In this document: positions 1 to 12,840 of the stretch, piece after piece
How the letters are laid out: each line of letters starts with the position of its first letter
Numbering within the stretch: position 1 is the first letter of the stretch
Source: Lama glama
Lineage: Eukaryota
Reading direction: 5' to 3'
Assembly: GCA_028534125.1 (NCBI GenBank)
Contig: CM052816.1
Location: 43,712,001-43,776,000, forward strand
DNA length: 64,000 bases
Notes under the pieces: model-generated
What the model saw: the letters and a program-made list of their open reading frames with translations, nothing else
What the model was told of the DNA's origin: nothing
Database searches by the model: none
Program-made: the position numbers and the translations under genes

Positions 1-1729
1 TTGAATGGTGACATTTTACCGAATGTCAGATCCTTTACTTTAAATGAGGACATGAGTTTTTCTAAATGTACTTTGTATTACCAAAGTTCCATTACCAAAT
101 GGAACACATTTGGAAGGATCTGTCTATAAATGAGGCCAAAAAATACCTGAATATTTATAAGCATTTCTAAAATCTTCATTAACAAGTTTAAGAGAGTTAC
201 ACGTTGGTCATTGCTTAATAGAGGCATTTAATTTGGATCAATTCCCTGCAATGCACTTAGCAGACTTTAAAATCCATTTTGTTGGGACACCTCTAAGACC
301 CTGTGCTAGATAATAAGGATGGCTGGAAGCCGATTTCATAATTTCTAAGTGCAACTGAGGTAGAATTTAAGTGCAAATGCAATTTTTGAAGTGCCTGACA
401 TGAGAGAAGCTATAAAATTGCTCTTTGCTCTAGCTTGTTTTAATTTCTATATGAATGTTTTATACAATAGTCTTTTTACTGTTTTTCAAGTCATGAGCAA
501 TTATATTTGATGACAGGGCAGTTATCACACATAGAAAGTCAGCATTCCAGAAGCTCTCAAAATCCCACCATTAGACCTACCTCCCCCTACCATTCCACTG
601 TGCTGAAGCAGATTGTGGAAACTTTTGATTCTGACTTTTAACTCGAATGACTGGAGATGGCAAATTGGGATTTTTTTCCCCCTAAATACAGGAATATTTC
701 TCATCTTGTGAAGAGATGACAGGATTATATTTTGCTGATTAAATATTAATATTACTGTGGATTTATAGTTTGAATCCTTGTAGCTTCATTTCCAGGAGTT
801 CCATCTATTCTCCAAGAGAACATATGACAAAGCTACACACCCTGCAGGTGTCAGCTCAGGCAACACGGTGGTACTGACTATATGCACGGAGTCCCAAATG
901 CTCTCTTTTGGATCTTGGACACATTGAGTCACTCTCTGCCTCTGACTTGTTCCCCTCTCATTTAAAATTAAACAGAGAACCATTGGCAGTTTCCAGGCTT
1001 GATTTTTGTCCCAGACCTAATGGCTTACAGGTGGCAAATTTCTTCCCCCCAGTGACAACAGAGTTTCCCAAGCCCATCCAGGGGTAATGCCAACGAGAAC
1101 TTTCTTTTTATAGAAAAAGGACAGGGAAATGGCCGTTTCAAAATAAATAAATAAAACCTTTTTCACTTCTCTTTGTTCTGTAAAAGCTCCCCTCCCTTTT
1201 TTATGTTTGATATATAGAAGCGATTCCATTTATAGCTTGAGTTCTTTTGCTTTAGGCTCTCCGGACTTAAGCCTGAGATCCTTTGATGTTGTTTAGCAGT
1301 TATAAACTGACCACTGTTCTGGAGAGGCTTACCTGCGAAGCATATTGGGCTGCTGTTACACTCAACACAGCCGCTTTGCTTCTGCCTCTTCCCCAGAACT
1401 TAGGCCCAGCAAAAAGAGAAGACTGAATACGAGTTATTCTCAATGAGTTTCGCGACATACAACATGGCCCCTGAGTGGGTAATGACATTATATTGTCAGT
1501 ATGTTCCTGGTTTTTGGAACACTGTGCGGTGGTGGAAGTGGGTGGCATTCAGTGAAAATATCAAATCGTGATTCATATGCTTTCATTGCGATTGTCATTT
1601 GGGAAAACCACTTAATGTTTAATATGAGATCATCATCTCCTCCACACCCCTGAGTTGCAGAAGTCGTATTTTTTGACATGATGAAATCCTTTAGGGAAAA
1701 TAGTAAAAAGTTGTTGTTGAGAAGGAGCA

Positions 1730-1878
1730 GGGGAGGCTATAGCTCAGTGGTAGAGTGCATGCTTAGCAGGCATGAGGTCCTGGGTTCAATCCCCAGTACC
1801 CCCATTATATAAATAAATGTAATTACTTCCCCCCTCAAAAAAAGTAGACATTTAAAAAACTTAAAAAATAAAAAAGAA
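1730..1878 (+). mobile_element. tRNA-Ala-derived SINE, resembling camelid Vic-1
   Basis: Head GGGGAGGCTATAGCTCAGTGGTAGAGTGCATGCTTAGCAGGCATGAGGTCCTGGGTTCAATCCCCAGTACC has Pol III A box (1740-1750) and B box (1783-1792). It is followed by AAATAAAT..TAATTACTTCCCCCC, an A-rich tail, and a near-perfect TSD (TTGTTGAGAAGGAGCA 1714-1729 / TTGTTGAGAAGAGCA 1879-1893). Confidence 0.9.
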
Positions 1879-2339
1879 TTGTTGAGAAGAGCAAAGCATC
1901 AAAGTGATTTCAAACTTTCAAAGTTAAAAAATTGTTATTGAAAGCAGGCTGCCATTAATAGCTTATTAATATTAGTAATAGCACATTAATAAAATAAACC
2001 CATGAAGTGGTCCAGTAGGTGGTTTTCCTAATAGAGAATTTAATATTTGTAAGTAAATACTTGAGATATGATTTAAGAAAAAAATCACCCTTCGAGTACT
2101 GAGTATCAGTAATTGTATTGTATTTAATTGTATTAAATCAGGGTATATCCCTTGTCTAACCATCTTTTATAAAACTTGTGTTCGTGTCAATAAGGACTGG
2201 CATGAACATCTGAACTGATGTCTTTTCAAAAGAAAAGAGAGCTAGGAATAAACTTGCATATTATTTTAGGAAAGAAATAGGCATGTTGGCCTATCTAAAG
2301 TGACTGCTATTTGCATATAAATTACTTCACAGGTATAAT

Positions 2340-2520
2340 CAAGAAAGATATTTGCAAATAGTAATCATGAAAATAAAAATATTGTGAAAGTACAAATATT
2401 CATGGGTTTGTTGTCCTGAATAATAGGTGTATCTATCTAGATTGATACATATGCAGAGAGAAAAAGAGAAGAAAAACTATACACAACGATAGGGCAAAAT
2501 ATGAGGTGGAGGAATTTGTT
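2340..2520 (+). mobile_element. possible old L1ME-type 3' UTR fragment
   Basis: Weak resemblance to L1ME 3' UTR (…CATATGCAGAGAGAAAAAG…AAAACTATACAC…); highly degraded. Confidence 0.3.
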
Positions 2521-5500
2521 TTTAGTGAATCATTGCCTTATTTTACTGTAAGACTCCTTTCTCCAATCTAGAGTCAATTTGTACCCCTGTGCTGAGCTCC
2601 TGCACCCTCCCTCCAGCAAGGCGGTGTACCCAAGCCCACGGTTCTTGGGAACATCTCTTTTGCTTGACCTTTCCCTAGCATGTTTGTCTTGGTTCCATTT
2701 TCCCAGAACCATGCAACTAATAAACTAGATCAAGCCAAAGTGAAAATGAGTGATGGATTCCACAGGGAACATGTATTTGAGTATCATCATTAGCTCTCAA
2801 AAGAGCACAGCTATAACCCTATAAACTGAGTGGGGATTTCATGCACCAGAATAGCCTCTTGCCTGAGATATTCTGGTGTAGTAGATAGCTGCTTGATCCC
2901 TTTCCTATCCCATTGTGTAGATTAAGTTTTATTCTTCCTGAATATTAGGATTGTCTTTCATAGGTATTGGACACCCACACATGCTCATGCAGATGGAAGA
3001 AAAAAAATACCTGTGTGTATTTGGTCAATAATAATTAATAGGATGGCCATGATAAGCAGTGCTGTTTTAATCTAGATTTCTCTATATTTTAAGAAAGATA
3101 TGAAGTAGAATTTCTTTTTTGCAAGGAAATTTTTTTTTTAACTTGCCTGTAATGCTGACCCATGATTTTTTTTTTTTGTGGTGAATTCTAGTCAGAGCTA
3201 AGAAATTTATATTGTGTAAGTTAAGTATAGAACTGAAGAATGAACCTGTCACTTGAGGTTTTGATTTGTTGGAGAGTTGTCAGTGACTTTACAAGAAAAA
3301 TCCCCAAACTTTTTGAGATAAAGATCTTGACCTTCCTGTGAGAATGTTTGGAAGGGCTAATTTAAATCAGGTTTCAAATAAAGAGGATTCTTGGAAACAC
3401 AACAGAACAAAATGCATTAGAAAAATGTTCTGCTTAACTGGTAATAGGGAACGTTAGGGTTTTGATTCCATTATAAAACATAACACAACAATGGGTAGTA
3501 ATGTCTATGAAAACATGCCTCTTGGAAATCTAATGACTTGGAGAGTGATCTGAGGCTAAGGACGTGGGCTGACAAATTAAAGTTACCGCAGCTTTAATTC
3601 ACGTTTGTTTTTCTGAAATCCCTAAAACGTGGTGGTGTGGGATGGGAAAGGGTTGATGTTAGATATTTCTCCTCTTACTACTTGTTTTGGCTTCTGATTT
3701 GTTTAGATCATTTTATTTGAACAAAGTTTCCTGGCATTAGCAACCGAATGGGAGAACTCAAGAGATAGTCTCTCAAAAGGCTTTCTATGCTGAGAAACAC
3801 TGCGCTGCTTTCCCTGGTTCTGTAGACTCAGAACTCAATTCTGAAGCCGTCTGTACAAACTTTAATTCACATGATCATACATGTGATGGTGGTTTGTTAT
3901 TCATGAAGATGTGTTGAACTCCAAGAGGCCTGGATATATATATATAGGTGAAAAATCAACTTTCACTGGCCTCCCAGAGTTTAAACTGTTATTGTAAGTG
4001 GCCCATTGTTTCCTGCATGTATCTTAGATTTCACTTCCTGTCAGCCATCACAAGAACTGCTAAGAAGAATTAATTTCACCGCACAGTAAATAAATGCTTT
4101 AATGCCCTGCATTATTGTTTACACTAAGCTTTTCAAGCACTTAAGCCACAACAGATAATTGTCAAAATGATGAAGCACTAAAATCACACACAGCCAGCGG
4201 TTACAGTGTAGGTGTTGTTCTAAGGAACAGCTAATAAGACTTAGAGCTTATACTGTGTCAGTTGGCACAGAAAAGCAGTCATTCATGAAAATGTATCATA
4301 AGCACCAGAAAGAAAAAAAAATGCAAGAAGAATTTTAGGCTACAGGTACCCTACAGACTTTCCTTATCTGTGCTTTCCCATTTTCTCCCTGTATCTGATT
4401 TGTTTTGCTTAAATCAGATATTGGTGTAAATAGTGCTTTAAAAAGGCCTGTGAGAGATGCCAGATTATCAGGTATCTTTGAAAGAAGGCTGTGTCTCTTG
4501 TGGGAATTGTATTCATTTTAAAATGAACACAGGGTAAGGGCACAATCTGTAATTTCTGCTCTGAAATAATAGTTACACCACACAAGAGCAAATTTCAATC
4601 TACTACTTTCAGAGGTGGAGTTTTATCAGCTTTTTATCCTGGGGGTGGGGGTGAGGGAGTGAGATCTGTCCGCTCACTCAGTGTTAACCACAGAATGTCT
4701 GGATTGCTCCGTGTTTTCTTTAACAAGGACATCAGTGAAAGCTGTGTCCTGTCTGTGGTGATGTATCTGAGTGCAAACAGGACCCCGATAGCCATTATGT
4801 ACCTATTAGCCTTGATTACCTTTTGATAGCTCCTCACCAGTTGGTTTCACTCACTTTGACAGATCTAGTACTTTGTTTAACCTTTAAACCAGTAGGGCAA
4901 TAACACAGCTGACAGAAGGGGAGAAATAATTAAGGAAAACTTAGCCAGACATTTAAAAAATCTCTAACAAGGCAGATATTTCTGTTCAGTTTTGAAATCT
5001 CATCAAGGGATATCTACAAGTCGTCATAATTGCTATAGGAAAAATGTTTCATAATTTTTGCTAGTTTCTAATTAATTTTAGCAAGGTAGCTTAATCAACT
5101 TGCTAAGTGTCTTCCTTTAAAATATCTATAATTTACTTGCGAGAAGCCAGTTTTAATATTTAATACTTCAGTGAATAGGAGGCATAAAGTGATATCCAAG
5201 AGAACTTCATTTCTGGAAATATCAGAAAGGAAATATACTTTCAAATATTGTCTAGAAATATGCCAACAGTCTGAGTTTTAACATTGTCTGAAATGGCTGA
5301 TATGCATTTTTTGAAAATAATATACATGATTAAAAATCTCTAGTTCCATAATTGTAACAATGCTAGGTATTGAAACGTGGTCAACAGTGATTGGAAGAAA
5401 ATCAGACGTCTTGAGCTTTGCGGGCTTATATTTTGAAGTACTTTTTGTGAGCAGCTTCAGATAATAACTTGCTAGGGAAGGAGTCAATACCGTGTCCTCT

Positions 5501-6167
5501 TTTCTTGTCTCCACATTCCCCACCATTAACCCCACCTCCCAAGGTCTGACCCCATCACCATACTTGTTTCACTTTGGAGCCATTTTAGCCTCTTCAGTAA
5601 AAGGGCACATCAGAACTCTTGGGCTCTTCCTCCCATTAATCCACGTGTGCAAAGCAGAGAACTGGAAAGAGTGCTTCACCGTTGCATGAAGATATTTAAT
5701 TAAAGTCGGAACAACTTCTAAATGAGAAAGTGCAAATAGTCTCTCCAGATCATTAATAATTTGGCAGTTTATAAGACATTAAAATATAATGTGTTCATTA
5801 TTTTTCTTAAATCTATTGAGAACATTACAAAATTCCTCTTGCTTAACTAAATTCTTTTTGGCTAAGATAATATCAACTAATAAAGGTGTCTTATCCTTGT
5901 CAGATATAAGCTACTGACATCACGAAACATCACAATTGTCTTCTAATTATGTCTGACAACAAGTCTAATTTAGTGTTCTTTCATACATCATTTATCGTAA
6001 GTCTTAGTATTCCTTGTTATCCGTTCTTATGTTAATTGATTACCATCATGTTCTCTACTTCATGGTTGCATAAATATTTCTTACCAAACAAGTCTGGCAT
6101 TTCCAATAGCTGAAAAACCCCAAATTGCATGAAAATGACAGTATTATCAGCCATACATATACGTTAA

Positions 6168-6211
6168 TGTTAATATGTATGTATATGTTAGTATGTATGT
6201 ATATGTTAATA
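6168..6211. repeat. 18-bp tandem repeat, about 2.4 copies
   Basis: ATGTTAATATGTATGTAT / ATGTTAGTATGTATGTAT / ATGTTAAT read directly. Confidence 0.8.
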
Positions 6212-6879
6212 ATATGTTGTATTATTATTTAAACAGGATTTCAACAAAATGAGTGAGGTAGAATATTATTTTAAACCTCATTACTATTGCTGTTCTCCTC
6301 AGGAGTATATATTTTATATTATAAAGTATGTCAAAGGCAAGATCCCTTCTTTTACGGAATGTCAGTGATGGACACAAATCACAGAGGGGAAAAAAGGAAA
6401 TAAATTTAGTAAATGTAACCAACCACATTTTACATCACTGTCAGTGCCAAAATGATTGGCATGGCTTAATCAGGAGTTTGCATAAAACAGTTTTGTGGAG
6501 AAGCAAGTCTTATGAAGTATGAGAACAAGAGGGTGCTTTGAGGCTGGACTGGTGGGAGAAGACATTCTGAGATGTACACATGATCTGCTTGTAAATCCAG
6601 GAATGAGAGGATTTGAGTTATGCAAGAAATAATTCTGTTTTTTTCTGCTTGGGTCAGACATTTGAAAATGTTAGATAGGGACATTTCTTAATTGAAAATG
6701 AGAATTTTGACCTCTGTGAAAAAAATTTGCTCCTACTTTTAGGATAGAAGTTAGAAATCACTAGAGTTTACTAATATGTTGTCATCAACATAATACCGAG
6801 GAGAGATTTTTTTTCTTATGAGGGAAAGCTGAACTTAGGAATTATCAGGCTAGGAGGAAATAATAACCATTCAGGTCCA

Positions 6880-7900
6880 GTGAGGGTAGGGTCCGGGTCA
6901 CAGACATACCTATTAGCTTCCTGGAGGAAGTGACATATAAGCTAGGTCTCAAAGGATGCACGTGAGTTATGCAAGGGAGACATACTTCAGATAGAAGGAG
7001 TGAAATATGAAAAGCCTGTAAAGTGAAAGGACATGGGACTTTGGAAGAAGTTTAAATAAAGCTCATCTGACTGGGACTTAGAGGATGAGGTTGTGAGTGA
7101 GGAGAAAGGAGGCCATGAAGGCTTTTTATGTCACATAAAGGAGCTTGAAAACTTTATCCTGTGACAGCTTTGGAGAGATTTAAGCAAGGAGGCACCATTA
7201 GGACCAGGTTTGCGTTGAAGAGGGTGGCTCTTCTGAGTGTGGAGAATAGATTGAGGTGAGCAAGAATGAGAGAAGGAAGCCAAATGGGTGGAAGTGTGGT
7301 ATCCTTGACTAGGTGTAATGGTGGCCTGGTGTAGGCTGGTGGCTGTGGGGGAAGTCATAGTTATAAAAACTATTTAGGGAAAAAAATGGCTGATCTTGGC
7401 ACCTGATTTGATGTTGAGGAAGAGGAGAGGGAAAAGGAGTCTAGAACAAGCTGTGGTAATGGACTTTGTGAGAGGCTAAATGTAAATGATTAAAAAAAAA
7501 AGAAGAGTTAAACTACAAGATTTAAGAAATAAAAGGCCATGTTATTTGTTTTAAGGAGGAAGTTGGTAATGATAGTCTGGTAGAGAGAGAATCATAAAAA
7601 TGATCTTAGACACATTTAATTAAGGAAATCAAGTGGGAATTTTTTTTCAAAGAGTGACAAATATAAATCTAGAATCACACATAATGAGATGCTGGATAAC
7701 TAAACATTTTCAGAGGAGTCCAAAGAAAGCCAGGACAAAAACTAGTTCAATGTTAAGGGGTCACTATATTGGAAGGGTCCCTTAAAGGAGGTGGAACAAT
7801 AGCAAGGAAACCACAAAAATAAGGAAAGTGGTTTATCTGTGATTCAAGAAAAGCCAAGGAAAAGCATGTTAACTACGTGGGAAGCCTTTGGTTTTCTGTT
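6880..7900 (-). mobile_element. LINE-2 fragment
   Basis: Antisense L2 signatures: GGAGGAAGTGACATATAAGCTAGGTCTCAAAGGATG, AAGGAGCTTGAAAACTTTATCCTG, GATTTAAGCAAGGA, GTGTGGAGAATAGATTGAGG, ATGGTGGCCTGG. Confidence 0.75.
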
Positions 7901-7953
7901 AAGTCTGTTACATCGGGATTCCTCTGGTTGTATGACCAAAGTCATCAAAATGA

Positions 7954-8480
7954 TGTAGCAGTGACTGTTGATTGCCTAGCCAATATTCATTTGCCTCTCA
8001 TTTTCTACTCATAGAATCCCGATTTTTTCGGTCGTGGCAATGTGCTTAGTTAAAAAGTTCTTCCTTAAACTTTCCCTAGTTTCCTCTGAAGTAGTATTTC
8101 CCAGGCTTCTTAGAAGCTAAAGCTGGTCTTGTGACATAGTTCTGGCCAAAGACATGTAAGCAGAAGTCATCAGGTGGAGCTCCCTGGCAGACTTTAAAAG
8201 GGAGGTAGGTTTAACTGTCCTGGGCATTTTGGTTTGTGATTGCCTGAAATGTTGGTGTGATACCAGAGGTGGGGGTGGCTGGGGAGCAGGCGCCCTCTTG
8301 TAATAACGAGGACAGGAGTCATGTCTTAGGAGTGCTTGAGGAGAAAGACGGGAACCCGGGACACTGAGGACCTGGCAGCTGAGATGTTGGCCCTGGTGTG
8401 CGTATCCCTGGACTTTTCATTAAATGACAAAAATAACATTTCTAATTTGGTTAGACGCCAACCCAGAATGGAACTTAACA
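7954..8480 (+). mobile_element. old ERVL/MaLR solo LTR (MLT1J/LTR16-like)
   Basis: Begins TGTAGCAGTGACTGTTGATTGCCTAGCCAATATTCATT; contains ATTTCCCAG and TGTGACATAGTTCTGGCCAAAGACATGTAAGCAGAAGT; ends near …CTTAACA. Confidence 0.75.
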
Positions 8481-8514
8481 ATATTTTTAAATGTTGTTTA
8501 ATAATCTTGCAAAT

Positions 8515-8790
8515 TATGATAGTTATGATTTTTGAGTGTTCTCTATATGGAAGGTACAATGCTAAGCTTTTTCCGTGTATTGTTTGATTTAACCCTTAGA
8601 ATCCTATATAACCCTTATAGTCCATAAATTATATACTTTATCTCCATTTTAAAGAGGAGAAAAATATGTTTCAGAGAGTTTTAGTAACTTTTCTAAAGTT
8701 ACTGAAGTACTAGAATACAATTAGTACTCGAATCTGGAAGCAGTAATTAAAACCAAGATCTATTTGATCCTACAGAACATCTTAGATTTC
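8515..8790 (-). mobile_element. MIR SINE
   Basis: Antisense tail TTTTGAGTGTTCTCTATATGGAAGGTACAATGCTAAGCTTT and core ATCTCCATTTTAAAGAGGAGAAAA…TCAGAGAG. Confidence 0.7.
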
Positions 8791-10526
8791 ACTATTCTAA
8801 GGCCCTTCTAAGCCCATAATTAATTTTATATAGTAAATAACAGTTGACTTCATGTTCATTTTTTGCATTGTTTTGCTCTTACCCATATCTGCTGATGATG
8901 AAAAATGAAATCCCATTTAAAACCAGGATAAAACATGCATTATTGGTAAATTCACTGAATGGATACCTGACCGAGGAGATTGATGGCAATCCACATGTTT
9001 TCTGACATGTATACAACTAAAGGTTATTCACTGCAATCTCTTACAAACCCCACTGAGTTTCTGACAGCCTATAGACATCAAACATAAACCCTGCTAGTGG
9101 TTCTCACTATGTCTTAATTTGGGCTTAAAAAAAAAGGATGAAATTACTACCTCATTATATTCACTATTTAGAGATGTACGTGTGCCAGATGTGGGCATGG
9201 CTGCTCCAGGTGCAGAGCTGCCTGATGCCCCTGATGCCCGCCAGCCTGGGGACTTCTTAGCTTTGCTGAATGGTCTCTCATCTGGAACTCATGGTGAAGT
9301 TCCCCAATAGTATCTTTTAACTTGAAACCAATTAGAAATTTAGAGTAGCCCCATCAAAAGCCAGAGGTAGTAAGACGGCATAATACATGTTACAGAAATT
9401 AGAGGAATTACTCCTAATATAGACACAGAAAAAAAAAAAAGGTGAGCGAAGCACAGGGAATGCCTATTACAGAAAGCTATCGAATAAGTTCAGTTGTTCC
9501 AATCCCTGTTTAGTCTGGAAGAGAGGGTAACCGTGATATCTCTGTCCACTCAAGCATATTTACAAATTCATCTTAGAAAAGACCACCATAAAAAGAAGTG
9601 GAGTCACTGTGGTAGGAGACGTTCTTAATTAGTAACGTGATCATCACACCCAACCTGGAGGTCCAGGACTCTGTAATTTCAGCAACACTTGTTCATGTGT
9701 GCAGAATTGCAATCAATTTCAACTGCAATGTAATATTTGCTCATGGATGTATCACTTGTCTCATAATTCTCTTATTATTGCCTATTTTGATTGCTTCTGT
9801 GTTTTTCATTGCTATAACTCTGCAATAAATATTTATGCATAAAAAATTTCAACTACAATTAAATCATAAAGGTTGAATATGTACACATTATTTTCTCAAA
9901 AGGAGACCTGCAGTAGCTGTTGTCTTCAGTCTTTAGGTTAGCTGGGCCTGTGAAGCACACTGTAAATGCTCAACATTGCTTCATCACAGGGTAAATTCCT
10001 TTCCTTATGTGCAGAGAATCTGGTCACACAGGTAGTATAGAGTATTCATATGGTTAGAGTAATTCAACTGAATGACAGGAAAAAACAATGTATAGTCATT
10101 AATGTTCTTGAAGGTTATGCCTATAATCCTTTCTCTTAGGAAAAAAAGAAGTATGAGCCTGAGATCTAATCAAACAAGTTATCTTTAAATTAGGATCAGA
10201 TAGGAGTTTCTAAATAAAGACCTTATCAATGAGCAGGCTTTTAAGTGGTCTTTTCTCCAAAGATAGATGGCTAGGAATAGACTGAAATATACTCAGGTAT
10301 GTGTGTGTTCTAATGTGAATCAAAGCTAGGAAATCCCAGATGTATCCTCCTTTGTGTTTTCCTTCTTTCAACAATTCATGCTGTTACACAAAACAAAAAT
10401 CAAGAATTTCAGGTTTTCTTGTAACTGCTGAATTGGCAACAGCTTTCTCCTTGCCCATGGAGATCCTTTGCCTAGATAATCCATTTCTTCCTGGAGAACC
10501 CTTTCAACTGAATTTTATTTTCCTGT

Positions 10527-10961
10527 GTTATTAGTTTCCTATTGCTGCTATAACAAGGTACAGCAAATGTAGTGGCTTAAAACAACACAGATCTATCTTA
10601 TAGCTGGAGGTCAAAAGCCTAAATCAAAGTGTTGGCAGGACTGTTTCCTTCTGGTGGCTCCAGGGAGAATCCATTCTTTGCCTCTTCCAGCTTCTAGAGG
10701 CTGCTGACACTCCTTGGCTCATGGCAGCATCATTCCAATCTCTGATTCTGTAGTTACATCACTTTCTTCTCTCTCTGACCTCCATACCTTCCTCTTCCAT
10801 GAACCCTTGTGATTATACTGAGCTCATCTGAGTAATTCAGGATAATCTCCCCATCTCAAGATACTTAGCATAATCATATTTGAAAAGTTCCTTTTACTTT
10901 GTAAGGTGACATGTTTACAGGTTCCACAGATTAGAATGTAGGCATTATTCAGCCTACTATA
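10527..10961 (-). mobile_element. MaLR solo LTR (MLT1C/D-like)
   Basis: TATTAGTTTCCTATTGCTGCTATAACAA…GGCTTAAAACAACACA…CTTCCAGCTTCTAGAGGCTGC…GGATAATCTCCCCATCTCAAGAT…CATTATTCAGCCTACTA; possible 5-bp TSD CCTGT/TCTGT. Confidence 0.9.
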
Positions 10962-12457
10962 TCTGTATAAATATTTTTAGAACATTAAATAGTAATTGAC
11001 TTTTTTGAAATAGCTTTATGTCGCCATTTTTGTTTAAACCATGGACACTTTGCCTTGTGAAGCTAGATGGTCCTGAGTCCCAGAATTCCAGGAGATACTG
11101 ACTTTCTGTGGCTCTCTACTAAGGAGTAATGCTATCCACAAGTTGGAATCATGAGTGAATTAACATAGCAGCTCTGGATCCTGAAATGAGCCTGATAGTC
11201 AAAAGACTTCAAGGAGCATTGCAGATGTCAGAATTCTTGGACTTAGGCAAACTGCATGGTTTCTCATAAAAGTAACCAAGATGCAGCGGTCAGGATTTTA
11301 CTGATTTTAAAAGAGCTATTCTGGACCAAAAAAAGAGAATCTTGATGATTGCCAACTACTTCTTAAAGTAACTTCTCGTTTCACCTCTCAGCTTCGCTTT
11401 AACGTTTACAACTCTGCACCTGTTACTTGTGATGTTTGTTTTTCTCTTAGACGTGATGTCATGACTGCATTTTACCTCTATTTGTTTTCTGTAATTTACG
11501 GAAGGGAGTGTTACCCATGCTTTCTCCAGATGCACGGTTGACTGGATGGCCCTCGAGTGCGCCTGAATGGGTTGCTTCGATGTCTGTAAAGAGATGCTTT
11601 CTGGCTCCAGTTTCCTCCTTTGAAGAGAGAGGTTCAAGAGGTCGGCATAGACATGGCCTGGGGTCAACTGTGGAAATGATCTTGGCACCTTATGACTGTA
11701 GAATCTGTTTTTTAAAAAGTTGTGACCCGGTGAAATGTCATAGGGAACCTAAGGAATTTATGGTCCATTAAATAGGAACTTTTGCCCTCTTGGAAGTATG
11801 TGGCGGAAAGCTTCCAGTTACCCTCTCCCACAGAGCTGGAGGAAAAGATCACTGAGCATGTGCACCTCCAGCTCTTGGTTCCCTCTTCGATCCCCTTCCT
11901 ACCAGAGGCACAGCTGCTGCTTTCCTGCTTCAGAAGCCGCAGAGTGAACCCAACCACAGACGGAGGTCGGCAGTTGTCCTGCTGCTCTTCCGGTGACTAC
12001 GTGGAAAGTTTTGATATAGGCTTACAAGTAGGAAGCCCATTTACACTTAGTTCCTGTCTGTGTGTTCGGTCATATTGTTTGTCAGCAAGACATAAAACAA
12101 ATGTGATCTTTTTTATTCCTACCTGCAAAATCTCAAATCGTTTCTGAAAAGAGATGTTGGATTAATTGATACCAGAAATCCCAACAAGAGAGGACTAAAA
12201 ATTATTGCACCTGAAAACTCATCTTTCATTATTTAAAATTTAAAAATGCATCACTTATAAATTATCCCATTTTAATAATATAATATCTCTCTTCTCTTCT
12301 CTCTCTTTCCCTTTATGCCCCCCATACACCATAGAAACAGAGCAGATGAGTTGGACAACTTAATTATTTTGCATATTAAATTCATTTTGGTTATGATCAC
12401 ATCCTTGGGTCTCCAGGAATCCTGAGAAAGAAGCACTATGTGTGCCAGTCACTCTGG

Positions 12458-12840
12458 TTCATTAATTCAGTTCATTCATTTAACAAATATTGAGCACCTG
12501 CGAAACAGAAGGAACTATTCTAAGTGGTTGGACTATACTGACAAACAGAAGAGAGTAAGAACTCTGCCCTCATGGAGCTTATATCCTTGCAAGGAGAGAC
12601 AGATAATGAACAATGCACATAACAAATACACAATTTATATGGTATATTGCAAGGTGATAAATGCTGTGGAGTGAGAAAAGGGAAACAGGGAGTGGAGGGG
12701 GCAGGGCAAATTGTGGTATTCAGTGGGGTCCTGAGAAAGGTATGTCTGTGCATGTGCACAGCAGTGAGAGGAGGCAGGTAGGGTGCTAATTAAGAGGCAG
12801 TTCCATAGCAGGAGCACAGCAAAGGTGCTTGGTTTGGTTT
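12458..12840 (-). mobile_element. LINE-2 3' end
   Basis: TTCATTCATTTAACAAATATTGAGCACCT (antisense L2 tail), CTGCCCTCATGGAGCTTATAT, GGTGATAAATGCTGTGGAG. Confidence 0.85.

Noticed and set aside
1730..1804. Functional tRNA-Ala(AGC) gene
   Set aside because: Imperfect acceptor and anticodon stems, a SINE-type body, A-rich tail and TSD indicate a SINE.
2309..2316. Octamer ATTTGCAT sites (also near 34107, 36661, 38622, 45252)
   Set aside because: Scattered single 8-mers are expected in AT-rich DNA; no paired SOX site or snRNA PSE seen.
9173..9310. GC-rich possible exon (DVRVPDVGMAAPGAELP…)
   Set aside because: Weak polypyrimidine tract, weak donor and unrecognised peptide.
11356..12147. Cluster of 81-121 aa ORFs
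   Set aside because: They overlap on both strands, show no recognisable domain and lack a convincing splice-site pair.
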